This document shows, one piece after another, positions 28,563-36,828 of a stretch of 64,000 bases of DNA. Position 1 is the stretch's first letter. Every line of letters begins with the position of its first letter. A model generated the notes under the pieces. The model was not told the origin of the DNA, searched no databases, and was given only the letters and a program-made list of their open reading frames with translations. The position numbers and the translations under genes are program-made. Origin of the DNA: an uncultured Fibrobacterota bacterium (GTDB lineage Bacteria; Fibrobacterota; Chitinivibrionia; Chitinivibrionales; FEN-1185); assembly GCA_963729895.1 (NCBI GenBank), contig CAVSQB010000003.1, positions 96,001-160,000 of the forward strand, in the 5' to 3' direction.

Positions 28563-28650
28563 GGAGAGGTGTCCGAGCGGCTTAAGGAGCACGCCTGGAA
28601 AGCGTGTGTGCAGAAATGTACCCTGGGTTCAAATCCCAGCCTCTCCGCCA
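28563..28650 (+). tRNA. tRNA-Ser(GGA)
   Basis: GGAGAGG acceptor stem, anticodon loop CTGGAAA, long variable arm, GGTTCAAATCC, encoded CCA. Confidence 0.97.
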
Positions 28651-28663
28651 CTGTACGGGAAGG

Positions 28664-28698
28664 GGTCCTTTGCCTGTCCGGCAAAGGACCTTTTTTTT
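28664..28698 (+). terminator. Intrinsic terminator after tRNA-Ser
   Basis: GGTCCTTTGCC/GGCAAAGGACC stem followed by T8. Confidence 0.85.
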
Positions 28699-28859
28699 GT
28701 ATTTTGGGCATGACAATCACGCGTCGATGAAGAGGAGTGTGTTGTACCAAAAAAGTAGGTTTCTCCATCCACCATCGTTTCTTCTCCGGCGCTGTTCTAT
28801 ATTGAAACTTCTTCATTTGTACCCCGTAATCTTATCGAGATCAGCAAAGGAGGTCGGGT

Positions 28860-29519
28860 ATGAAAAGAACAGCATTTGCGATTATTATCGCCCTGGGCAT
28901 TTTTATTATGCTTTTCGCAACTGACACACCTGCCAAAGGTGCATCCAGCTCCTCAGGTTCTGTCCGGAGTTCCTCATCAAGCTTTGGACGAAGTTCTTAT
29001 GGTTCGGGCAGGAGTTACTCGGGTGGCATGGCCAAAGCCTCAGTTCAAAGCGGCTACGCGGGGTATCGGGGAGGTGCTCATAGCGGGTATTATGGAGAAG
29101 GCAGAAATTATTATCGAGGGCACTATCGCGGCTATTATGGGTGGGGGGCATATTGGCCCTGTTGGTCAATAGGTACTTATGTAACCTATCTTCCCGACGA
29201 CTATGCGACAGTTTATGTTGATGGAACCCCCTATTATTATTGCGACGGATCCTATTTCACGCTCTCTTCAAACGGGTACGTAGTTGTACCCACACCTGTG
29301 CCGGTAACGGGCCAGGCAACAGTAGGTTCAGATCAACCCGTAATGGCGCAAACGAAATGGGCGTCGCATGACACAACAACAATAAATGTCCCGAATTCAA
29401 AGGGGGGATTTACGCCGGTGAGATTGATCAAACATAAAAACGGGTACACTGGTCCGCAGGGAGAATTCTATGCCGGTCACCCGACTGTAGCTGCGCTCAA
29501 GGCATTGTACGGGGATTGA
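28860..29519 (+). CDS. Secreted Ser/Gly/Tyr-rich hypothetical protein
   Basis: Signal peptide, low-complexity SGY region, YLPDDYATVYVDGTPYYYCDGSYF; AAGGAGG RBS. Confidence 0.8.
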   Translation: MKRTAFAIIIALGIFIMLFATDTPAKGASSSSGSVRSSSSSFGRSSYGSGRSYSGGMAKASVQSGYAGYRGGAHSGYYGEGRNYYRGHYRGYYGWGAYWPCWSIGTYVTYLPDDYATVYVDGTPYYYCDGSYFTLSSNGYVVVPTPVPVTGQATVGSDQPVMAQTKWASHDTTTINVPNSKGGFTPVRLIKHKNGYTGPQGEFYAGHPTVAALKALYGD

Positions 29520-29669
29520 CACGACATGATTTGATTCACGGCCCTATTTCAAGAAGTGCGGAGCCTTTTTCTTTGCCTCACTTCGAAGACACCAATTTCA
29601 GGAATTGGCATTTAGTAAAGGAAATTCTTTCATGCTTTGAGGATATTCGAGGACATTTCTGCGCACGAA

Positions 29670-29714
29670 AAACATCAAAGGCTTACAGACATCATCTGTA
29701 AGCCTTTGATGTTT
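29670..29714. terminator. Perfect 20-bp stem-loop 3' of tRNA-Phe
   Basis: AAACATCAAAGGCTTACAGA-catca-TCTGTAAGCCTTTGATGTTT. Confidence 0.7.
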
Positions 29715-29717
29715 ATA

Positions 29718-29790
<73 letters not shown>

Positions 29791-29980
29791 ACACTGATCT
29801 TCTTTTCGGAAGGTTAAAAAATATATATGACTCTCCACAAAAAGTAAAGAGTAGTCTCGCGCTGGACCGGGAGACCGTGCGCCCCGGATTCTCTGCACCC
29901 TTCATCGCTCCTCCCGCCAATGATTTCTTTACGGAAGAAAAGATCGCAGGTATGCGGCAGCGGGCGGGTACCTCATAAAC

Positions 29981-30021
29981 AAAAAAGCAGGAATCCCGTC
30001 GGTCACGAGATTCCCGCTTTT
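29981..30021 (-). terminator. Intrinsic terminator after the STAS-PEGA gene
   Basis: Imperfect stem flanked by A- and T-runs. Confidence 0.6.
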
Positions 30022-30043
30022 CTCCTAATTCTAGTGCAGTGCG

Positions 30044-31885
30044 CTACTTGAGATTTACCAACTGCGACGGGTTGTCACCCCCCTTGAAGGTCATGTCTTT
30101 GGTCACCTCCTGTGTGCCCTTGACAAATCTCATACTGTGGGCGCCCGCAGTTACATTCAGCTTGGTTATGTTCGTTTTGCCGATGAGTGTGCCGTCCATG
30201 TAGACATCCGCGACAGGCGGTATCGACGCGATAAACACCGTCGCAGCCTCGCCGCCCGATGCAGGGGCCGCGGCAGGCGCAGGAGCGGGCTTGGGAGGCG
30301 GAGGAGGTGGCGGAGGAGGTGGTGCCGCTTCCGGTTCCGCCTCAGCCGCCGGAGCGGAACTGGGGGCAGGCTTGGAAACGGCGGGCGCCTCTTCTCTTTC
30401 AAGCTTGAAGGACTCCGATTTGCTGCCGCCTGTGTATTCGAGGGTTTTTGCCGATTCCTTGTACCCGGACTTGGACACCACGATGGTCACTTCGCCGATG
30501 ACGTTGGGGTTCTTCCATGTAAACGGCGTCGTGCCGATCACGTTATCGTCGGCCTTGATGGTTGCTCCGGAAGGACTCGATGTAATGGTAATTTTTCCGG
30601 CGGCAGCGGCGGGAGAGGCTTCCGCCGAGGCCTTTGCCTGGGCCTTCTTCGAGGCCTTGGACGTTGCGGGTTTCTTGCCCGGCTTTTCTGCCGGTTCTTC
30701 GGCCGCCACGGGCGCAGGCGGCACGGCCGCCGCGGGCGCGGGTGCCGGAGCAGGCTGGGCTGGCGCGACCGGCGCAGGCGGGGGCACTGGCTTGCTCACC
30801 ACGGGTGCCGGCGGGGGCGCTTCTTTCTCCCCATTCTTAAAATACGTGATGTATCCGAAAAAACCCGCCGCGGCCAGAACAACGACAACAAGGGCCGTGA
30901 TTATGATAGGCATGGGCGAACGTTTCCTTGGTTCGCCTTGCTCGACATCACTGGAAAGATCTTCGTAGGGGCGGACCGGCCTTTCTTCGGCTGCGGGTCT
31001 CGGCCTTGCCTTTGGCGCTGCCCCTTCCGGTTTCGCAAGGACATCCTCCTCCCGCATATGGCGGGTGGCGGGCGGCGGTGCGAGAGGCTCGAGCCCGGGC
31101 GGCGTGTATTCTTCGTCCCGGCGCCGCGCCGTTGGAATGGGTTCCTGAACAGGAGCGAATTCCTGCTCCGGCCTGCGTGGCGGCTGCGCCGGCGGAGGGG
31201 TAAAAGGCTCCGCAAATTGCGGCGGCTGCGGACGAGCTGCCTGCGGCGGAGGACCGTACGTATCCTGCGGCACCTCAGTCTCAAAAGACTTGTACGCAGC
31301 CTCGAACTCTTCTTCCTTGAATGCCGGCGGCATTGCAAACTGCTGTTGCGGCGGTTGCGGTGCAAACGGCTGCGGCTGGCGAAAACCCCTTTCCGGTTCG
31401 GTTTCGGCCGGCGCAACGCCGGGAGACATTGCAGTGCTTATTTCCGAACGCAAATCCTCGAACTCCGACTTGGGTTTGGGAGGAGGCGCCGCCTGCTGAT
31501 AAGTCTGAAGATCGGCAATATTGTAACGCGTCGTTTGCAGGATGATGTCTTCGGAGCTTTTGACAAGCTCGGTCTCGGTGTCGAAGATTTTCAGGATGTT
31601 CTGGATGCCGGTGCGCTCGAGAATCTGGCGTACTTCCGGGCTGGGTCCCATAAGCGACAGCCGGCCGCTCACGTCGAGAATCCGCCTGTTAAGGGCGAGA
31701 ATTACGTTGATCGTGTCGGAATAGATGTAGTCGAGAGGGGAAAGGTCGATGGCGAAGTTCCGTTTGCTCTCGGCAATGAGCGAGTTGATCATGTTCTTGA
31801 GGAGCGTGGAATCGAACACCTCTCCCTTTTCGATAACCGGCTGAATGATCTCAAAAAGACCGCTGGTTCTAGTACGGAATTTGAT
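30044..31885 (-). CDS. STAS domain - Pro-rich linker - TM - two PEGA domains
   Basis: IDLSPLDYIYSD...PSPEVRQILERTG (STAS); TM IIITALVVVVLAAAGFFGY; ITSSPSGATI...IGTTP and IASIPPVADVYMDG...IGKT (PEGA). Start is GTG 31819 or ATC 31885. Confidence 0.8.
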   Translation of the reverse strand: MKFRTRTSGLFEIIQPVIEKGEVFDSTLLKNMINSLIAESKRNFAIDLSPLDYIYSDTINVILALNRRILDVSGRLSLMGPSPEVRQILERTGIQNILKIFDTETELVKSSEDIILQTTRYNIADLQTYQQAAPPPKPKSEFEDLRSEISTAMSPGVAPAETEPERGFRQPQPFAPQPPQQQFAMPPAFKEEEFEAAYKSFETEVPQDTYGPPPQAARPQPPQFAEPFTPPPAQPPRRPEQEFAPVQEPIPTARRRDEEYTPPGLEPLAPPPATRHMREEDVLAKPEGAAPKARPRPAAEERPVRPYEDLSSDVEQGEPRKRSPMPIIITALVVVVLAAAGFFGYITYFKNGEKEAPPPAPVVSKPVPPPAPVAPAQPAPAPAPAAAVPPAPVAAEEPAEKPGKKPATSKASKKAQAKASAEASPAAAAGKITITSSPSGATIKADDNVIGTTPFTWKNPNVIGEVTIVVSKSGYKESAKTLEYTGGSKSESFKLEREEAPAVSKPAPSSAPAAEAEPEAAPPPPPPPPPPKPAPAPAAAPASGGEAATVFIASIPPVADVYMDGTLIGKTNITKLNVTAGAHSMRFVKGTQEVTKDMTFKGGDNPSQLVNLK

Positions 31886-31920
31886 AAGAACCCCCTTTGT
31901 AAATTAAGCAGCTTCGGTAA

Positions 31921-31994
31921 TACGCCAGGAGGGAGTCGAACCCACGACCTTCGGCTCCGGAGGCCGACACTCTATCCAACTGAGCTACTGGCGC
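31921..31994 (-). tRNA. tRNA-Arg(CCG)
   Basis: Reverse complement GCGCCAGTAGCTCAGTTGGATAGAGTGTCGGCCTCCGGAGCCGAAGGTCGTGGGTTCGACTCCCTCCTGGCGTA. Confidence 0.96.
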
Positions 31995-32093
31995 ACAAAT
32001 TTTCAGGTTATGCGATATCCGATTAAATATAAATAATTCGACCTATAATATAGCAAATGCACTGGTGCAAGCGAAAGAGATAGTAATTGGGAT

Positions 32094-32125
32094 AAGGGGA
32101 CCGCCGCGCAGCGGCGGGGCGCCCA
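32094..32125. repeat. Short copy (D) of the dispersed structured element
   Basis: AAGGGGACCGCCGC-gca-GCGGCGGGGCGCCCA matches the right end of copies A-C. Confidence 0.55.
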
Positions 32126-32138
32126 GATTCATCTTTAC

Positions 32139-33095
32139 TTATGGACCAGCCTGATTTTTCAGTAACGCCATTATCGTATCCGTCACCCTGAGAACTCCAA
32201 GCGCCTCCTGGCCCGACACGCCGGATTGGCCGGGTGCGCCCCTTATTGCAGCGACGAATACGGCGAGTTCGGCCTCGAGGGCATCCACATGCCGACGCTT
32301 GTCCTTGGAAAATTCCACGGGCAGGAGCGCGCCCGGGCGCGCAGGCCCGGTGAGAAAATAGTGCTCTATTTCCTCTTTGTCTAGGTCAACCGAGTAATAA
32401 TTGTCCCGCGCGAACAGCCGCAGCTTGCGCATCCGGTTTGCGGATATGCGGCTGGCGGTGCAGTTCACCACGCAGCCGGAAGGAAAGGGGATACGAACGT
32501 TGGCGATGTCGATGCCGCCCGACACCACGGGCACGCCCGTGGCGGCGATCGCGTCGTAGCGCGGCTCTTCCCCGAGCAGCCGCAGGATAAGCTGCAAATC
32601 GTGCACCATGAGGTCGAGGATCACCGATACGTCGGTGCCTCGAGGCGAATACTGCGCAAGGCGGTGGATCTCTATGAACTTGGGCACCGGCGCAAGCGAC
32701 AGCAGCTTCACGAAAGCGGAATTGAACGCCTCCGAATGACCCACATGCAGCACCACCCCCTGTTCCCGTGCGCGCTGGACGAGCGCGTTCCCCTCATCGT
32801 ATGACGGCGCGAGCGGTTTTTCCACCAGAACATGCCTGCGCGCGTCAAGGCAGGCCATGGCGACGGGAACGTGTGTGGACGACGGCGTGGCGACAATAAG
32901 CGCGCCCGTTGCGGCGATGAGCTTGTCGATGTCGTCCCAGGCTGCGACGCCGAATTTCTTCGACACTTCGGTCCTGCGCTGCGGCGACACGTCGTAGAAC
33001 CCCGCGCACTCGACGTCCTTGTTTTTGAGGCATTTCTGGATGTGGTACGACCCCAGGACGCCCGCGCCGATCACGCCGACCTTCACTTCAGCCAT
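32139..33095 (-). CDS. Gfo/Idh/MocA family oxidoreductase (GnnA-like)
   Basis: VGVIGAGVLG, HVLVEKP, VGHSEAFN, RGTDVSVILDLMVHDL, TASRIS. Confidence 0.88.
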   Translation of the reverse strand: MAEVKVGVIGAGVLGSYHIQKCLKNKDVECAGFYDVSPQRRTEVSKKFGVAAWDDIDKLIAATGALIVATPSSTHVPVAMACLDARRHVLVEKPLAPSYDEGNALVQRAREQGVVLHVGHSEAFNSAFVKLLSLAPVPKFIEIHRLAQYSPRGTDVSVILDLMVHDLQLILRLLGEEPRYDAIAATGVPVVSGGIDIANVRIPFPSGCVVNCTASRISANRMRKLRLFARDNYYSVDLDKEEIEHYFLTGPARPGALLPVEFSKDKRRHVDALEAELAVFVAAIRGAPGQSGVSGQEALGVLRVTDTIMALLKNQAGP

Positions 33096-33366
33096 TGCGT
33101 TCTCCTTTGCCGTTTCCCCAGTCGTCTTCGCCGAGCAGTGTGCGCACGCGCGGCGGCAGATGGACGGCCGAGGGATCGATTCTTCTCACTGCGTCTAGAT
33201 ACAATTCCTTTTCTATCGCCGGCGGGATACTGTTGCGTAAAAATAGTATATACCGGTCTTCCATCTTCACCAGACCGCCGGGCGTGTCGAACGAGCCCCT
33301 GCGGATTTCCACACCCATGTTTTCGAGCGTACGGAGAAGAAGGACGGCGTCGGGGTCGGGTTTCAT
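33088..33366 (-). CDS. Hypothetical protein
   Basis: 92-aa ORF overlapping the downstream gene; protein-like composition (GVEIRRG...GGLVK...HLPPRVR). Confidence 0.7.
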   Translation of the reverse strand: MKPDPDAVLLLRTLENMGVEIRRGSFDTPGGLVKMEDRYILFLRNSIPPAIEKELYLDAVRRIDPSAVHLPPRVRTLLGEDDWGNGKGERNG

Positions 33367-33429
33367 AGGGTTGACAAGCTAATGGGTAAGTGTGCGAATG
33401 CGTTGTGACCTTGACAATTGTGGTAATTG

Positions 33430-33580
33430 ACTTCTGCCCAGCGCCAGGACGGACTGAAAGGCGCACCGGAGTGCGGTGCCGGCCGACCCCGGCCGCAGGC
33501 CATTGGGGCCGGTCCGGCACCGAGGCCGCAGGCCGAGCCTGCAAGGAGGGCCGCCGCTGCAAAGCAGCGGGGCACCCCAA
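33430..33580. repeat. Dispersed structured element, copy A
   Basis: ACTTCTGCCC...GGAC...nested stems...AAGGAGGGCCG[hairpin]GGCACCCCAA; homologous to 42845-43051 and 54534-54710. Confidence 0.85.
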
Positions 33581-33598
33581 TCTCGTTTTTGAATCTTC

Positions 33599-35758
33599 TC
33601 AACCCCTTGACGCGTCAACTATTCTCTCCCTCAGCCTCGAAAACCGCTCCTGGGTCCGGTTGTTCCGCACCGCAATCGCCAGCGCGCGCGGCATGCCCAC
33701 AAGCACGCAGAGCTTCCGGGCACGTGTTATAGCGGTGTAGATCAGATTGCGTTGCAGCATGATGAAATGCTGCGTGGTCACCGGTATCACCACTGCCGGA
33801 AACTCGCATCCCTGGCTTTTATGGATGCTGATGCAGTACGCGTGAACCAATTCGTCGAGATGCTTGGGTTCATACATCACCCGCTGGCCGTCAAACTCGA
33901 CGGCAACGTTGCTTTCGTCAACGATGTCCGCTATGAACCCGATGTCGCCGTTGAACACGCCGCGGTCGTAATCGTTTCTCACCTGCATCACCTTGTCGCC
34001 CCGGCCGAACACCGTGTCGCCGCGGCGGATGGTTTGCGGGTCGGGATTGAGGGCGTGCTGGAGCAGCGCATTGAGGTTCTGCGTTCCCAAAACGCCCCTG
34101 TGGATGGGAGACAGCACCTGGATATCCGCGGCCGGGTTGAGCCGGTAGCGGCCGGGCAGGCGCTTCGTAACCAGGTCCACGATCGTGGCGCAGCAGCGAT
34201 CCGGGTCTTCTTCCTTTACAAAAAATAGATTCCCTTCCCTGTCGTTGGGAATGTCGGGCACCCTGCCGGCAATGATATCGTGCGCGGCACAAACGATGCG
34301 GCTCGCCGCGGCCTGGCGAAACACCCTGGTGAGCTCCACGTGCGGGATCTTTTGCGACGCAATCATGTCGCCGAGTACGGCGCCCGGACCGATCGACGGA
34401 AGCTGGTTGCTGTCGCCCACGAACAACAGCGCGGTGCCAGGCCGGGCGGCGGCACAAAAGCTCTTCATGAGCGGAATATCGATCATCGAGACTTCGTCTA
34501 CGATTATCATGTCGGCGTCAACGGGATTGCTTGCGTCCCTTGCGAAACGGAAACCCCCGCCGCCCGGCCTGAACTCCAGCAGCCGGTGGAGCGTGCTCGC
34601 CCGCAGCCCCGCAATGTTTCCCATGCGCTGCGCCGCCCTGCCCGTGGGCGCGGCAAGCGCAACGGCAATGTTGTGCTCGCGCAAAAACGATACAATCACC
34701 TGCAGCGTGGTGGTTTTTCCCGTGCCCGGCCCGCCCGTGAGTACGCTTGCTCCGTGCGACAGGGCGGCATGCACCGCCGCGATCTGTTTTTCGTCCGCGC
34801 TCCAGCCGGTCTTTTTTGAATATGCCTTGAGCCAGACATCGACGTACCTGTTGTCGTATTTGGCGACCGCCCGGTTCGGTTGCTGCGCCTGCGCCGCAAG
34901 GAAGCCGGCCACCGCGCATTCGGCGCCGTAGAGGTGCGGCAGGTATATCCTGTTTTCGTCGTTCACGAGCACGCCTTCGCGCACGATGTGGTCGAGCGAA
35001 AACAGCGCCTTGTCCTCGCCCACCTCGAGAATTTCCGCCGCGCGCGCCACAAGCGCGGTTGACGCCAGGTAGGTGTTGCCGTCTGCGGCCGCCTCGGACA
35101 TGACAAACGATAATCCGGCGCGTATCCGTTTGAACGAATCGTGTTCGAACCCAAGTTTCTGCGCGATGGCGTCCGCTTTCCTAAACCCCACGCCCCACAC
35201 GTCGTCGATGAGGCAATACGGGTTTTGCGAAATCCTTTCCCGCGCCGCCCCGCCGTAGGCGCCGTAGATCTTGGCCGCCATGTTCACCGTGATCGCGCAC
35301 TCCTGCAGAAACACCATGAGTTCGCGGATGTTTTTTCTCTTTTGCCAGGCCCCAACGATCCTGGCAAGGGTTTTCTTTCCGATGCCGCGCACCTCGAGCA
35401 GGCGCTCCGGTTTCTTGTCTAGTATGTCAAGCGTCTCCAGGCCAAACACGTCTACGATCATCTTCGCGCGCGCCACCCCGATGTTGTCGATGAGGCCGCT
35501 GCCGAGCAGGGCTGCGATGCCGTCGAGGGTGAGCGGCCGCACCGTCTCGTACGATTTAACCGCGAACTGCCTGCCAAATCTTTCGTGGAGTTCCCATTCT
35601 CCGGACGCCCTGAGCGATTCGCCCGGCTCCAGAGCGGGCATTTGGCCGACGCACTGCACCGGCGCGGCGGCCCCCGCGACTGCGAGCTTGAGAACGGTGA
35701 ATCCGTTCTCCTCGTTGCGGAAGGTGATGTCCAGTATTGTTCCTTCTATCGCAAGCAT
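33599..35758 (-). CDS. recD2: ATP-dependent RecD-like DNA helicase
   Basis: FRNEENGFTV, HhH motifs, LTGGPGTGKTT, APTGRAA, VDEVSM, VGDSNQLPSIGPG, IHKSQGCEF, YTAITRA. Confidence 0.96.
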   Translation of the reverse strand: MLAIEGTILDITFRNEENGFTVLKLAVAGAAAPVQCVGQMPALEPGESLRASGEWELHERFGRQFAVKSYETVRPLTLDGIAALLGSGLIDNIGVARAKMIVDVFGLETLDILDKKPERLLEVRGIGKKTLARIVGAWQKRKNIRELMVFLQECAITVNMAAKIYGAYGGAARERISQNPYCLIDDVWGVGFRKADAIAQKLGFEHDSFKRIRAGLSFVMSEAAADGNTYLASTALVARAAEILEVGEDKALFSLDHIVREGVLVNDENRIYLPHLYGAECAVAGFLAAQAQQPNRAVAKYDNRYVDVWLKAYSKKTGWSADEKQIAAVHAALSHGASVLTGGPGTGKTTTLQVIVSFLREHNIAVALAAPTGRAAQRMGNIAGLRASTLHRLLEFRPGGGGFRFARDASNPVDADMIIVDEVSMIDIPLMKSFCAAARPGTALLFVGDSNQLPSIGPGAVLGDMIASQKIPHVELTRVFRQAAASRIVCAAHDIIAGRVPDIPNDREGNLFFVKEEDPDRCCATIVDLVTKRLPGRYRLNPAADIQVLSPIHRGVLGTQNLNALLQHALNPDPQTIRRGDTVFGRGDKVMQVRNDYDRGVFNGDIGFIADIVDESNVAVEFDGQRVMYEPKHLDELVHAYCISIHKSQGCEFPAVVIPVTTQHFIMLQRNLIYTAITRARKLCVLVGMPRALAIAVRNNRTQERFSRLRERIVDASRG

Positions 35759-35865
35759 GATAACCCTAACCCCGCCCTTTCTCCCGGGAAGATGGCGGAA
35801 ATATGGAATAGTTGTCGGGAAAGCATTGCGGTAACGCGGCTAAAACCCGTTCATAGATAAAATAG

Positions 35866-35895
35866 AAAAGGGTGAGAACTACTCTCACCCTTTTT
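35866..35895. terminator. Intrinsic terminator after the bS22-like gene
   Basis: AAAAGGGTGAGA...TCTCACCCTTTT. Confidence 0.8.
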
Positions 35896-35920
35896 GGAAA
35901 AATTCCGGGGCCCGAAGCCC

Positions 35921-36022
35921 TTACGCCTGCCACGTCCTTTTTTTGTGGCGGGAGAGCCTTCTCTTTTTCTTCCGCTTGTGCCTGTTGATCTTCGCCTTCC
36001 GGTGCTTCTTGACACTTGACAT
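35921..36022 (-). CDS. Small basic bS22/AURKAIP1-COX24-like ribosomal protein (33 aa)
   Basis: MSSVKKHRKAKINRHKRKKKRRLSRHKKRTWQA; AAAGGA RBS; terminator follows; below the ORF track cutoff. Confidence 0.85.
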   Translation of the reverse strand: MSSVKKHRKAKINRHKRKKKRRLSRHKKRTWQA

Positions 36023-36313
36023 ACGAGCGTGATCCTTTCGAAGAATACGTTATGCGTTCGTGATACCCGCGCTACCGGGTGTCACTTGATAAAATGAATT
36101 GCGCGGGGGAAGGAGTCAAGAACGGGAAGAGGCGGCGGCGATATTCGTGGAGGTACGCGGAGTAGAGACTTCTGCCCGGGGTCGGCCACAAAGAAGGATT
36201 TCCCCTTCCTGCAGAAATACAACGGTTGTCTATGACGGACAATGCAAATTTACAAGACTGTTGTAAGATTGCATGAGGGTGAAGTGGATGTCATAGGAGA
36301 TAGAACTGAACTA

Positions 36314-36589
36314 CTACCGGTCAGCATTAAGCCTTCTTATTCTTAATTTCTCCACATGTTTGTCAAGTAATAATACTTTTCCGTCTTTTACGCATAAAGC
36401 TTCAAGGTTATCCGGATATTGTAAAACTATCTTCTTGACTACGGAGTCGGTTGCGCTAACAAACAATTTGTTAATCTTGTTTGGATTATGGCTTTGCTCC
36501 ACATATGGGTTTTCATCGAAAAAGATACTATAGTGATTAATAATTAACGTCGGCAAAATCATTCTCTTAAACTCAAAGCCATCAAACAC
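36314..36589 (-). CDS. AT-rich hypothetical ORF, probably a gene fragment
   Basis: Frame stays open about 50 codons upstream of GTG 36589 with no ATG/GTG/TTG start; AT-richer than flanks. Confidence 0.35.
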   Translation of the reverse strand: MFDGFEFKRMILPTLIINHYSIFFDENPYVEQSHNPNKINKLFVSATDSVVKKIVLQYPDNLEALCVKDGKVLLLDKHVEKLRIRRLNADR

Positions 36590-36828
36590 ATAGTAATCGC
36601 GGAGGCCTTCACTACATGATACAAAACACCCTCTGAGGTTGTTTGAAGAAAACCGCCATCTTGATAATGGGAAAACAGATGAGAATTGCCAAACTGCTAT
36701 TTGCTGAGGAGCAAACTCCTGCTGCTTTTCCAGTAGGAAGCCGCAGCCCTACCCTACCGAACTTGTTTGCTGCGTTGTAGATGCCCATCTCATTGCGCTT
36801 CAGGAAATGAGAAAACCCCTTCGCCTCC

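Noticed and set aside
30137..32026. 629-aa plus-strand ORF
   Set aside because: Antisense shadow of the Pro-rich STAS-PEGA gene, and it runs through tRNA-Arg.
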